Assembly (NCBI RefSeq): GCF_001194135.2
Contig: NC_068998.1
Location: forward strand, 36,280,878 to 36,344,877
Length of the DNA stretch: 64,000 bases
From: Octopus bimaculoides
Lineage: Eukaryota
Reading direction: 5' to 3'
How positions within the stretch are numbered: position 1 is the stretch's first letter; each line of letters opens with the position of its first letter. The notes beneath the pieces are model-generated. The model worked only from the letters and a program-made list of their open reading frames with translations, searched no databases and had not been told where the DNA came from. The translations under genes were made by a program, and so were the position numbers. Positions 39,040 through 52,130 of the stretch are shown piece after piece.

Positions 39040-39960
39040 AGCGAAAACGAAGAGAACGGTGGGAAGATGATGACTACTGAGAATTGCTTTATGCTTTCTA
39101 CACTGGAAAACTATATTTGGGAAACACAGGGATAACAAAGAAACATACCAAATATGGAGAAGAAATACTGATTGAAGGGGAAATTCTCAGAGAATACTTT
39201 TGCGAATGTCCGGCTATATAGCCTGCGAGGGTGGGGAGAAGTATCCCGAACCGAAATAGACAAACTAATAGATAAAATACACCCGGAAAATAAAATAAGA
39301 CACTTCATAACTCAAAACAATGGGTCGCAATCAGGCAAAAACAGCACACCAGACATATTTCCGAAAACGCATAAGACACCACAGAAGAAAGAAGGGAACA
39401 CAATAGAGATAACACTGCAAACAGTAAATAAAAGGCTAAACCAAAGTAAACTCTCTACACAACTACCCAACCTAGGAATAAATAGAACAGCACAACAAAT
39501 CAATAACAGACATAGACAGGCGAATACTGAAGCGCAATGCAAAGGAACACACACACACACACACATCATAACAGACTAGCTTTAACCAAGGACGGAGACC
39601 AACCGATTGAAGAAATTACAAAAGTAGAAGAACTAATCATCACACAGTCAATAAATATGGACCTGCGCAAGCATCTCCCCAGGCTACAGAAAAATAAAGA
39701 GCTCTATGAAAGATAAATAGATACATCAGAACCTTACAAGTAATAATGATAATATCAAAAGATACACTAGATATTAACAAAGTAAATGACTTGATCTACT
39801 CAACAGCTGTAGTGATATCCAGGGAAACTGAACTTGACCCTCACAAAGAAAAAAAAGGTCTCAGCCAAATCTCAAACCCCCAAATAGAAAAAGGTCCATA
39901 TAACAAAACAATACAACATAAAAAGATCGGAACAGATGGATAGAGGAAATAGGCATAAAC
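39040..39960 (+). mobile_element. Degraded N-terminal region of an R4/Dong-like ORF
   Basis: ..ELLYAFY..KETYQIWRR..FANVR..EID..; ..INKVNDLIYSTAVVI.. resembles R4-clade N-termini. Confidence 0.55.
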
Positions 39961-40142
39961 CCCGCTTTTGTACACTGCAAAAAAACAGTGTTATTAGGGA
40001 GAGCTAATATTTAGGAGGGTTCTTAGCATCTAAGGTTACTTGCTGTAACCCGATAGGAGTGTTCTTGGCATCTAAGGCAACTTGTAGCCCGATGTTAGAA
40101 TTGCTTTCTTTTCTAACAGTCTAATCTGTTGAGTGTATATGA

Positions 40143-40174
<32 letters not shown>

Positions 40175-40176
<2 letters not shown>

Positions 40177-40330
40177 CAAATTTAGGTACAAGGCCAGCGA
40201 TTTGGAGGGAAAAGGGCTAGTCGATTACATCAACTCCAGTGCTTAATTGGTACCTATTTTATCGACTCCGGAAAAGATGGATGGTGAGGTCGACCCCGGC
40301 GGAATTTGAAGAGCGGGAAGAAACGCCACC
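40175..40330 (-). mobile_element. SINE family A, 5'-truncated
   Basis: GGTACCTATTTTATCGACTCCG..GAGGTCGACCCCGGCGGAATTTGAA; (GAT)n tail side. Confidence 0.8.
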
Positions 40331-41079
40331 AAAAGTGACCGCTCACGTAGTATCCCTTTATTGGTAAACATGATAGTCTGAATAGACGAACAGTAGTAAA
40401 GATGTTGAAAACTATATTTAACCAGTGATGCCAATGCCGCCGATTTTTGAGACTGAATTTGTTTGGATCAATAATTAACGGAAGAAGAGCGCATTTTTAG
40501 ATATGTTTGTGGGAAACACTTCGGCTCCTGGCAAAATTTCTCACCTATTCCAATTTGAGACATCTCTCCGAAGGAATTTCCTTAAAACCCAAGTATAAAA
40601 AGCAGATTAAGCCTCTAGTCTAAAACGTTAATTTAAGTTACATGTCTATGAATTTGTAAAATTAAAAATACATTATTTTCCTTGGCAAAAATATATCCCA
40701 GATTTTATGTTCTTAAGATTCGTCTCTGATATAAATTTTTCCTGCACATGTAACAGATGAAAAGATTAAGAAAGGAATTTATAAAAACGAGAAAATGGAT
40801 GTTTATTGGGTTGATGAGAAGAGGAGACAAATGTATTTCGTTGTTGCTGTGATTTAGCTTTAGGTCAGCTTTGGGAGGATACAGTAAATACGTTTTAGCT
40901 ATTACTATCCCATCTTTTTAAAGTATAATATATCTAGTGTTCCGTTACCCTGGATACAAAGCTGCCTTTTTGAAGATTTATTTTCTATTTCTAGCTGGTC
41001 GGTGACTATATGTATGCTTCATGGTGATGTTTGTATGGAGGTTGTTTTGGTGGAGGTGATACAAGTTTTATAAGTTCAC

Positions 41080-41480
41080 AGGTTTGGCTGCATGGTAAGA
41101 AACTCCCTTCTCTACCACATGGTTCCGGGTTCAGTTCCATTGCGTGGCACCTAGGACAAGTGTTTTCTGCTATAGACTCAGGGGCCGACCAAGGTGTTGT
41201 GAGTGAGTTTGGCAGACGGAAACTGAAAGAAGCCCTTCATATGTGCGTGTGTATGTATGTGGGTGTGCGTGTGTGTGAATGTGTGTGAGTCTTTGTGTGC
41301 GTGTGTTTGTCCCCCACCTCCGCTAGACAACCGTAGCGGTTCAGCAATAAGAAAACGATAGAATAAGTACAAGGCTTAAAAAGATAAGTCCTGGGGCAGA
41401 TTTCTTCGACTAAAATACTTCAAGGTGGGGATCCATCATGACCGCAGACAAATGACTGAAACAAGTAAAAGATAAAGGAT
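41080..41480 (+). mobile_element. SINE family B, complete
   Basis: Both modules plus internal TG tract. Confidence 0.9.
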
Positions 41481-42261
41481 AAAAGATAGTCGTTGCAATC
41501 GAAAAGACAGACATCAGTTATGATTTGGCCTTTGATTTTAGAGTGTTGATGAATGGTAGTTCACCAGTCATGCAGAAGGCCTTTTACTGCATATAGTACA
41601 GAATATTTGCATATAAGTAGCATCTGCACAGCCCCAAATTTCTGGCCAGTACTCCAAGACTTATTTGTGTTTACTAAATGATAACAGCTGTTTAGAGATG
41701 TAATTTTGTTCAGTTGGGAAAGAAAGAAAAAGGCCTAATGATTACAATGTAGAGCTGATATTTCTATATGCAACTACAAAAACAGTTGAGATTCGGGATT
41801 AGCATTTGTAGAAAATGGGTAGGATTTAATATGGTTAGTATTCATGAATACGGAGGCTGTAATGGTCTGTTGCTAACTTGGTATGTTTAATGTTTGTGTT
41901 TTATAGCTGTTGAATGAAACCATATTATTTCCCAATGCAGGGTGTTTACGATGTGTCTCTTCATTGATATGCACATATGTTGACGCTAACGTGAGGAAAG
42001 TTGAGAAGAAATAAAAAGCAGCTTCTGCGATGTACGCATATACTTGATTACAGGTAAGAACGGGTTAGTCGTTACTGTTCAGAAGGAAGAGGGAAGGCGA
42101 GAGTGAGACGTTTGTAAGAGATGGAAACCATATAACCAGATGGCGGTTACTTTTCAGAAGGACACGAAAGAAAGGCAGTAGCTTTACATTCTCTTGTTTT
42201 CAAAAGCAGACGACCATATGTATGTATGCATATATATATGTCATTATTTGTACGTATGTGC

Positions 42262-42478
42262 AAGGTGGCAAGCCAGCAGAATCGTTAGCGCACTGGATGA
42301 AATGCCCATCCGTATTTCGCCCGTCACAATACTCTGAGTTCAAATTCTGCCGAGGTCGATTTTGCCTTTCATCCTTTCGGGGTCGATAAAATAAGTACCA
42401 GTTGAACGCTGTGGTCGATCAATTCGACTCATCCCCTCCCCCAAAATTGCTGCCCTTGTAGAAAAATTTGAAACCATT
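42262..42478 (+). mobile_element. SINE family A
   Basis: Collinear with 57-270. Confidence 0.9.
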
Positions 42479-42499
42479 ATTTGTACGTACATATGCATG

Positions 42500-42800
42500 T
42501 ATACATTCTCTTTCTCTTTTTAATTTTAGAGTAAAATATGATCGGCCACGTGCTTGGAGGAAAGTATCTTCTTTGAACCATCATCTTTTAAATCATAAGA
42601 AGGTCTTGCAAGATTTTATAGTTCCAGATATCGTTGTCATTTGTAGAATATGAATTAAGGATTTGCATATGTATGTATGTCATTATTCAGTTTATTTCAA
42701 GATTTCTAGCCAATAGAGAAAGAACCGGTTTCTAACCTAGATCCAAGACTACTTCATTGGAATTTCAACATCAACAACAGGATATTTTTGTTTGTTTGTT
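42500..42800 (-). mobile_element. Two short 3' ends of a second RLE-LINE subfamily with (CATA)n tails
   Basis: 42500-42665 matches 48100-48270; 42680-42780 shares GTTAGAAACCRGTTC with the 3' UTR at about 47105; both abut TATG repeats. Confidence 0.55.
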
Positions 42801-43369
42801 TGTATGTATGTATGTATGTATAGACAATTGAGGAAGCAATGCTTGTCATCGTCAACAACACAGGAAACACGATAAGGAAGGAGTGGGTATTTATGAAAAA
42901 AACAAACAAAAAAACATGCATTTTTCATGCTGAATTTATGTGAGTTGCGCGAAAACGCGCCGCCAGTGAATGGGGCAATCTTGTACACTCGGGCAAATTT
43001 ATACTTTTCACTTTTGGCTCCGCTTGTNNNNNNNNNNNNNNNNNNNNNNNNNNNNNNNNNNNNNNNNNNNNNNNNNNNNNNNNNNNNNNNNNNNNNNNNN
43101 NNNNNNNNNNNNNNNNNNNNNNNNNNNNNNNNNNNNNNNNNNNNNNNNNNNNNNNNNNNNNNNNNNNNNNNNNNNNNNNNNNNNNNNNNNNNNNNNNNNN
43201 NNNNNNNNNNNNNNNNNNNNNNNNNNNNNNNNNNNNNNNNNNNNNNNNNNNNNNNNNNNNNNNNNNNNNNNNNNNNNNNNNNNNNNNNNNNNTAATCGAC
43301 TTCTTCCCTCCTTCCTTCGAAGTTGCTTACTCCCTTCCTCCTTCGAATGTAACAAAATTTGAAACTAAT

Positions 43370-44040
43370 ACACACACATACACACGCACACACAGGCACA
43401 CACACACGCGCACCCGCACGTACACACGCACACACACACAAGCACACACACACACACATTCACGCACGCACGCACACACGCACGCACGCACGCACGCACA
43501 TACGCACACACACACACACACACACACACTCACGGGTTCGTGCTGTTTTTGTTGAGTTCTGTTTTATAACACATTTGACCAAAAATAAACGTTATCACTA
43601 GAAGCTTTATTCCCTTTACTCTTCCTGTATCTTGATCTGCAAAGGATCCCGTTCCCATCCGCATGCACACACACAAAGACATGTAGACAAACACATACAC
43701 ATACGTATGTGCACATAAACACACGTATACACATATACACACAAATAAGCCTGTACGTACACGTACACACATAAGCCTGTACGTACACGTAAACACATAC
43801 ACTAATAAATATACTGATGAGTGTACATGCTATGTACACACACATAGACACACATATGTACACATAGAGTTACTTGCGTAATACAAAATCACGCAGACAA
43901 AAAAAAAAGCATGCGTAGGGCCACCAACAGTCACACGCACGTACAAGCATATGCACACTCGACACATACGCAGACACAAGAACAAAATCACAAAAATCAG
44001 TAAGTTCAAACACACCCACAGACAGCATACACAGTGTGAA
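43370..44040. repeat. Degenerate CA/GCAC-rich simple-sequence block
   Basis: Seen directly; includes AAGCCTGTACGTACACGT x2. Confidence 0.85.
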
Positions 44041-44939
44041 AGCATAAGGCTTATATCTCAACGGAGACCGATAATAAATGGAGGTGGGGGAACAACCATA
44101 ATAACCTAGTCTTTGTTTGTCTAGGAGCTATGTTCAGCTATCAATTGATTCCTCCTAAATTCACATCCTGTTCACATAAGCGTATCATTTTCAATGGTAC
44201 TTTCAGTAAAATCTCTAGATTGTTATCTTCGAACATTAGAGAGGAAAATGGTGTCGTACTAGCAGTAGAGGGAACAAAGAACTCATGTCTGACATTACAA
44301 ACGTTTCGTTATCTTGGTTGGAAACCATACACGTCCAATAGGCTGAGTATTTATTTATGTATCGCTCCACGTTCGACAAAAATAAAACGTGCCTCCATTT
44401 TAGATCAACTAAATATCCGATAAAATTCGTGTCGTATAACTGGTGTTGGAGTTTGTGTCCACTGGCTGAGATTCTTCACTTTCAAATAGTGCAGTCTATA
44501 TAGTTAGTTGTAAGTAGGTACTGTAGAAGGTCAATAGGTTAATCCTTGTGGCTGTAAGTCAACAAGGAGTGTTATAACTTAACTAGTATTAGCTTGTAAT
44601 GGCAAGTTATTATGCACTCCAGTGCGGGGTGACCAATATGTGTGTGCGTGTGCGCGCGCGTTCTTGTGTGCGTGCGTGTGTGTGTACAGTATTTACTCAT
44701 GTGTTGCACTCTAAATTTTTCAGTTAAAATCAAGTATAAAATAATATTACTTGCATAGAGATTCGGGCTAAATTTGATAATTTTTTATGTCTGTTTTTTG
44801 TTTTTCTACACGAATAGCTTGATGTGCTGGTAAACAGTCAACGGCGTATGAGAGCATAAAGATTAAAGTTGTAGTCGAGAAAAAGTTATCTGATATGGAA
44901 AGCTAGAAGCCAATTGAATATTGGAAAAGAGTTAACTGC

Positions 44940-45110
44940 ATCAAGATGATTTGCATGGAATATCAATATGTCGACATAATGACTGCTGCTCAATGCCCTG
45001 TGAACAATTGCATGAAAGTTAGATATGAATTTCGTTATGGGACTCGATGTGACCTACGATGGGCAGGTCATACTAGATGTCAAGAATACATGTTGACTTG
45101 TCTTACATTC
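44940..45110 (+). mobile_element. RTE-like LINE remnant
   Basis: LRWAGHTR motif typical of the RTE C-terminus. Confidence 0.35.
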
Positions 45111-45149
45111 GCTACACAAAAAAAAGTTGGGTGTTAAAAACCAGAAGCA

Positions 45150-45320
45150 GAACGGTTTTAAGTTTTAGCACAAGGTTAACAATTTTGGCGAACCGTTAAG
45201 TCGATTCAACTGGAACTTATTTTATCGATCCCGGAAGAATGAAAAGCAAAAGTTTACCTCAGCGGAATTTGAACTCACAACGTAAAGCCAGGTGAAATGC
45301 CGCTAAGTATTTTTCCCGAA
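45150..45320 (-). mobile_element. SINE family A, degraded
   Basis: GAACTTATTTTATCGATCCCGG..GCGGAATTTGAACTCACAACGTAA. Confidence 0.8.
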
Positions 45321-45409
45321 GCAAGTGGTTACATACTTAAATAAAAATCTTAATCAGAAATAACTATTAGATTTTTGACTCTCACTATATTATATATCTT
45401 TAATCCTTC

Positions 45410-45825
45410 CCTTCACCTCTTACTCGTATTAGTTATTGGATCGCGGCCATGCTGGGGTACCACCTTGAAAGGTTCACTAGAACAGATCGACCCTAATACT
45501 TGTTTTTAAGTCCGGTACGTATTCTATGGGTCCCTTTTGGCGAACCGTTAAGTTATGGGGGCGTAATGAAACCAACACTGGTTGTCAAACGACGGTGGAG
45601 ATATACACAGCACAAATACAAAGTCACACACATAAATATATTGACATATAGAAGTATATATATGCGATGAACGTCTTCCTGTTTCCGTGTACCAAGCCCA
45701 CAAAGCTTTGGTCGGCCCGCGACTTTAGTTGGGGACTCTTGCCCACGATGCCATAGAGTGGAACTGAACACGGAACCATGTGCTTGGGAAGCAAACTTCT
45801 TACTACACAGTCATGCCTGTGCCTA
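45410..45825 (-). mobile_element. SINE family B, complete
   Basis: Reverse complement of both modules. Confidence 0.9.
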
Positions 45826-46439
45826 CATAGTAAAATTAACTTAACTATATACTTTTAAGCGAATCACGTCACTGAGCAACTAATCCCAATGGTTTACTTT
45901 TTTAAACTAAATATAAGTCGATAATGAAGAAGCGCTCAAGATAGAAGACAATGTCGAGAGGACAAGAAAAACAAAAGAAACAAATGTCAAAGAAATAACG
46001 AGGCCCTATCTAATGATATTCAGTGTAGTTGATATATTTCAGATGTTTACACGGCATTTGGCCTGTTCTTTTAAAATGACTGAAACACTAATCATGTTGT
46101 GAGTGACGCAAATCAACATTTGGTAACCATTGCATATTTTATTTAAATGTAGAAACTTTTAGGGCAAGTTAACCTGGTTGTTTACCACCCAATCGTGGTA
46201 GTTTCCCCGTCTATTCGACCTCTCATACAATCGCAAATCAGCTAGACTAGCAGACCTCAAAGACGACAGAAGGTGAAACGCTCAGCGTACCAAAAAAAAA
46301 AAGGACTATACATGGGTATGTTTCTTGCAAACTTGAAGAAGATAGTAACAGATTACATGATATTTCAATGTCTATGGAGTTTGTAATTCAAGAACAGGAA
46401 ATTGTTACTAAATACCTAATCAACAAAAGAGACAATGAA

Positions 46440-47326
46440 GTCCTTGAGTTCCAAAATGCCACCGTAAATGTAGATTATGTCATATTTCTGTGCAAGATAT
46501 CCCACATGTGATCAGCAGCTGTCCAAAAATGTCTTCTAGGTACTACCTCCCTACACGACATGACATTGTCACAAAAACAATATACAATGCGATTCGGAAA
46601 ACAGACGGTCCTGAAATAAATATGGAGAATCCCCCTGTTATTGAATACATACTCAAATACCAGCACAAGGAATACTGGTGGAGCATTCCCATCAAAACGT
46701 CTGCCAAGTGTAGGCATAAGAGGCCAGATATTGTTGTTTGGGGCAGACAAAAAAAGTATGTACCGTCATAGAGGTCAGCTATCCTGCTGTTGTGAATATC
46801 TCTTTGAAAATCAAAGAGAAAGAAAAAAACTATGAACAATTGCTTCTAAATCTCCAGATTCTATATCCGGATTACAAATTTACATTTATACCAATAATGA
46901 TTGGAGCACTTGGTTTTGTCAGTAAATGCCTAACTGTCAGTCTGGATAAGCTTGGATTTTCAGAAAAAGAAATCAACCAATTGACTCGCTCGTTACAAAT
47001 ACAATCTGTAAGCGGAACGGTAAAACTATGCAAGACTTTTCTCGAGTTTAAAATGTGACGTTGTTTTCGTTATCTACATTCCAAGGATGGAGATTTATGT
47101 CTTTGTTAGAAACCAGTTCCTTCTTCAGAGGAAGAATTTAAATGATTAAATGAAGAAGGGACAGACAAACATAAATACACATATACTTTTCCCAAGTTCA
47201 TCATGTGACGTTATTTTTTATCATCGACATTGCAGCGATGGAGATTGGTAGCATTGTTAGAAACTAACTCATTTATTATAGAAACACTTCAAATGGTTAA
47301 AAAAGTGAATAAAAATACATACATAG

Positions 47327-47330
<4 letters not shown>
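46440..47330 (+). mobile_element. RLE non-LTR retrotransposon 3' end (R4-like, subfamily 2)
   Basis: QDIPHVISSCPKMSSRYYLPTRHDIV (CCHC), YWWSIPIKT..RPDIVVW, VIEVSYPAVVN, FIPIMIGALG, KLCKTFLEFKM*. Confidence 0.88.
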
Positions 47331-47385
<55 letters not shown>

Positions 47386-47999
47386 ATTCTACCTACCTAC
47401 TTACCTACCTACCTACCTACCTACCTACCTACCTACCTACCTATCTCTCTNNNNNNNNNNNNNNNNNNNNNNNNNNNNNNNNNNNNNNNNNNNNNNNNNN
47501 NNNNNNNNNNNNNNNNNNNNNNNNNNNNNNNNNNNNNNNNNNNNNNNNNNNNNNNNNNNNATATATATATATATATATATATACACATAAGGGTTGTAGA
47601 AAGACTCTGGTTTGTGTATGTACGCGTAGCAAAATCATTCCGAAAAAGAGACCCTTTAAAATCAAACGCCCTAATAACTTGTTGCTATCCTCTTATTGGG
47701 AAAATATAGAAATTCCTCTGATCTAAAACTTGTACTTCAAATATTTTCCACTTATCTAACTCCTACTTGTCATAGGATACCTAGAGTGGCAAACATGTCG
47801 TACAATCGTATGTGATTATAATGCTTGATGTTTCGTATGAAACCGCCGTCAATTGACAAGATGAAACCGCATGATTGTGTATGTATGTATGTATGTATGT
47901 GTGTATGTATGTATGTATGTATGTATGTATGTATGTATGTGTGTATGCATGTTTGTATGTATGCGTGCATGTATGTATGTATGTATTTATGTATATGTG

Positions 48000-48760
48000 T
48001 AGGCATGAAAGAAGACGGGATGGTGGATGGCTGTCTGAATATATGATTGTATGTTTCTATGAATACATAAACCTATGTATCTATAAATATATGTTTACTT
48101 TTTCCTTTTAATTTAGAGTAAAATTTGACCAGCCACCTACTTGGTAGCAAGGTTGTACAGGAAAGTTTCTTGTTTTAACTATCATCCTATAAATCTTCAG
48201 AAGATTTTCAAATTTTTATAGGCCCCGATATCGTGATCATTTGTGTATGAATTAAGGATTTGCGATTTCTTTCCAAGAAACCAAGCTCAGCAATACTTTA
48301 TTCCAGATGGGTTAGTATGTATCCTGTTGCCCCAATAATAATGTGTATGAAACTCAGTGTCCTGGATTTGAAAATTCCTTATCAATGGTCCATAGATGTC
48401 CTCTTTCTCTTGCATCTTTCTAACCACATTGGAGTCGAGAGGGCAGCTGATCTCCACAACAGAACATATCTTTCCCTTTTAGTTCCACACAACAATATCT
48501 GGCCGGTTGTGTTATAACTTGGTAGTTGTTTTAGCTTTAAGTTCCATCAAAATTCTTTTGACTGATCGATCTCAGTATAGTCAACTTCGTGTGCAGTCAT
48601 TTTCTTTTTATTATCCTGTTCCAGACAGTTCTGGCAACCGCATCATGTCTCATTGCAAGATAATACCTGGAAGACATTCTTCCAGGTTTAGTGCTATATC
48701 GATTGACGAGACTGGAAAATTCTGCATGTGTATCTGCACTACTTTAACCACTGAGCCATA
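48000..48760 (-). mobile_element. RLE non-LTR retrotransposon 3' end (subfamily 2), degraded, (CATA)n tail
   Basis: Minus strand ..RYYLAMRHDAVARTV.., RPDIVVW, VEISCPLDSNV, IIIGATG; (TGTA)n at 47880-47995. Confidence 0.8.
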
Positions 48761-48773
48761 AGCCTTCACAGTA

Positions 48774-49012
48774 GGTACAACACATGTACATATATATGCG
48801 CATGCCTGCTATTACTTTTGTAGGAGTGTACGTTTTGATTTATGTATGACAGCATCTATACATGTTTGTATGTCTAGACGTTTGTATTATGTTACTGTAG
48901 ACTGAACTTCAGGAAAGTATTACGAGTTTTCACGTGAAATTAGCCGTGTCCTTAACCATGTTCTTCCTGGTTTTGTGAACTTCATATTCTCGTGTTTGCA
49001 GCTGAGGCATTT

Positions 49013-49061
<49 letters not shown>

Positions 49062-49675
49062 CGTGTGTGCATGCGCACGCGTGAGTCTTTGTGCTTGTCC
49101 CCCACACCACTTGATGACCTGCTGTTGGCTTGTTTATGCCTCCGTATTCAGTGGTTCGGGTAAAGAGACTGATAGAATAAGTATCAGACTTTAAAAAAAA
49201 GGTCCCAGTATCAGTTTGTCTGAATAAACCTTTCAGGGTGGTGCCCCAGCATAGACATGAGTGAAACAAATAAAAGATAAAAAACAAAAGTTAAGACATT
49301 TCGTCGACATAATTAAGTACACCTTTATATGCAAGTTTCGCTGATTTTAGTTTTAAAATTATTTATGAATTAAGAATTGGTCGGTTTCCAATGGAGAAGG
49401 AAAGTTCTTTCATTACAGTTTAGCTGTCATCTAGTTGGTACAACACATGTACATATATGCGCATGCCTGCTATTGCATGTGTAGGAGTGTATGTTTTGAT
49501 TTATGTATGAAAGCATATACATATGTTTGTATGTCTAGACGATTGTGTTATGTTAGTGTAGGCTTAACTTCAGCGACGTATTACAAGTTTTCACATGAAA
49601 TTAGCCGTGTCCTTAACCATGTTCTTCCTGGTTTTGTGAACTTCATATTGTCGTGTTTGGCGCTGAGGCATTTAG
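48774..49675 (+). repeat. Direct repeat pair 48774-49014 / 49437-49675
   Basis: About 240 bp, clearly diverged outside an identical central block TGAAATTAGCCGTGTCCTTAACCATGTTCTTCCTGGTTTTGTGAACTTCATATT. Confidence 0.9.
49015..49290 (+). mobile_element. SINE family B, (TA)n plus 3' module only
   Basis: CCCCCACACCACTTGATGACC..GATAGAATAAGTA..GTGCCCCAGCAT..GAAACAAATAAAAG. Confidence 0.85.
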
Positions 49676-50074
49676 TTAGAAAACCAAATGCCCCAATAAT
49701 CACAGGCACAGAGTCACAAATTTTAATTTATATGCCGGATGAAACATCTACAAAATTATAATCCGGATGAAGCATCTACAGAGTTCTTACTTGTTCATCA
49801 GAAATGCTTTCTTTGTCTTTTATGTTCAATATTATGTTAACATCCGTAGAAAAGTTTACTTCTATGTGTTTTTTTTATCTTTTCTCCACCGTAGATCAAT
49901 ATATATGGGTGTGTTATCCTTAATTTTTATAAAGGTTTCCATAGGAATATTCCGCCAGTATTCTTATATTTTAAGCTTATCCTTCACTTGGATATCATTG
50001 CATATGTGGATCTGTATGTTCTATTTGCATGTCCATGCTTGTGTAGATGCAATTTTATCATTTACCGTTTATTT

Positions 50075-50400
50075 GTTTTAGTCATTGCACTACGGACTTG
50101 CTGGGCCTCCACCTCGAAGGATCTAGTCGAGTATACCTGCTTATTTTTAAGTTTGGTACTTATTCTATCGGTCCGTTACGCCGCTAAATTTCTGGTAAGT
50201 AAACAATTCAATATCGGTTGCCTAGCGGTGAGGGAGGGGCAAACATAAAGATACACGCGCGCGCATTAATCTAATTCACTCAGAAGACAATGATCACCCT
50301 GGGCTATAGTAGAAGACACATATTCAAGGTACTGCGCAGTAGATCTGAACTCGAAACTACATGGTCACCAAATAAGCTTTTTAATTGCACGGTCATGCCT
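50075..50400 (-). mobile_element. SINE family B, degraded
   Basis: GGTACTTATTCTATCGGTCC and GGCTATAGTAGAAGACAC..GAACTCGAAACTACATGG. Confidence 0.75.
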
Positions 50401-51021
50401 AAATTCCTTAAATTTCTACATATTTTGACTGTGTATCCGATGTTTTATTACTGTTATCTCTTGATTAGGTGTGTCCTTCTCGGTTTAATGAAACCCAGCT
50501 TCTCAGTGGCAGTACTGAAGCAGTCACATCTCCATATGTTCTAACAGGGAAAAATCTAAAGCCATAGGATGCATAGAGCAACAGCAGATTTTTCATCAGT
50601 TCTGTATAGATGTTTTCTTTTGTTCCAGATCATTTTGTCTAGTATGTTATGCTTCCATTTTATGGAAGTTTTGACAGGAATACTACACCAGTATTATTTC
50701 ATGTGTTAGAAATAATATCCTGGTTGTTAGTCCAAGATAGATTAGGCTGGTTATCAATGTAGTTGTCACTTTGAAGCTTTCTTAAAATATAGCTATGCCT
50801 AACTTTTGCTGATATGTATATATAATGACCGGTTGCGGTAGATTTGTGCGACCTCTTTTGATGTATATCCCTGGTTATCAGCCAAGCAATACTTTTGAGG
50901 AAGGTTCCTTTCCTTCAAGAAAAAAAAAAAAACAAAAAAAAAACAACAGAAAATGGAATATATCGTTATCAATTTTGAAAAGAATTTAGATTTGATAATT
51001 TTTAAAATTTCGAGTTATTTC

Positions 51022-51069
51022 GTGCTGAAGAGTTCAGAAAGAGAACGAAATGAGACAATTCACAGCAAC
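51022..51069 (+). ncRNA. Minimal type-I hammerhead ribozyme (weak stems I and III)
   Basis: GTG CTGAAGA GTTC AGAAAGA GAAC GAAA TGAGACA ATT CAC. Intact core, G-C closed 4-bp stem II, AUU site, 3-bp stem I. Confidence 0.55.
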
Positions 51070-51138
51070 CAGAGACATAAAGGTCTATATCTCATGAAAA
51101 ATAAAAGATTTTATCAGTGAAATAATCAGGCCATTTGA

Positions 51139-51205
<67 letters not shown>

Positions 51206-51484
51206 GTATATATGTATGTGTCTGTACGAGTGTGCATGCGTATATGTAAATATGTATGGCTGCCTACATGATTACATACACTGGTATAGGCATATTGAAC
51301 TGTGTATGTGTGTATATTTATTTATATATGTCCAAATGTATGGATAAGCATATATGCAGTATGTATGTTTACATGTATGCGACATGCTGTACTGTACTGC
51401 TCAGCATTCGCGCCTGAAGATCCAATACGAACATTTCAGAGTGTTTGCGTATCAATCTGAGTACATGTACCGAGAGAGATAAAA

Positions 51485-52094
51485 TTCAACCGTGCAGTCA
51501 ACATCATGGTGTTTGGAGTGATTACTAGTGATGGCGACGTTATGCCTCCATTCATCTTCCTACACGACCTCACACACAACAAAGAGGCCTACATCGAGTG
51601 CCTGGAGGAGATAGTGCTGGCCTAAGTCAAGACAGTGGCTGCTGGAAGATCCTATGTCTGGCAACAGGACTCTGCACCATGCCACACAAGCAGGAGAACC
51701 CAGTCGTGGCTCTCAGACAATTTCTGTGACCACATCATCCCTAACATCTGGTCACCTGACGTCCCAGATTGAAACTCCCTTGATTATTATGTGTGGGGCG
51801 AGTTGAGCGTGAGACCAACAAAACCCCTTGTTACACAAAAGATGAACTGAAGGTAAGGATTATGACAGCATTCACCAACTTAAGCAAGGAGACCATCCAG
51901 AAGAGTTGCAGGAGATTCCGAAATCGTCTGGAGGCTGTGGTTGATACCAATGGCGACTTTATTGGATAAATTTACTCTTTAGTATTTCAAGATATTTTCG
52001 CGTAACTTTGGTACATATATCTGTTAAAAAGAGATGTGAGTGATATTTTCCTTTTTTCGTAAATTAGACGACAGTTTATTCGCCGCCCTCTGTA
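51485..52094 (+). mobile_element. maT (DD37D) Tc1/mariner-superfamily relic, 3' half
   Basis: VNIMVFGVITSDG..VWQQDSAPCH..WSPDVPD*NSLDYYVWG: 37 codons between the two aspartates; ends ..GCCCTCTG|TA. Confidence 0.88.
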
Positions 52095-52095
52095 A

Positions 52096-52130
<35 letters not shown>

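Noticed and set aside
49733-49787. CCGGATGAARCATCTACA direct repeat x2
   Set aside because: Short local slippage duplication; no ribozyme core or other structure.
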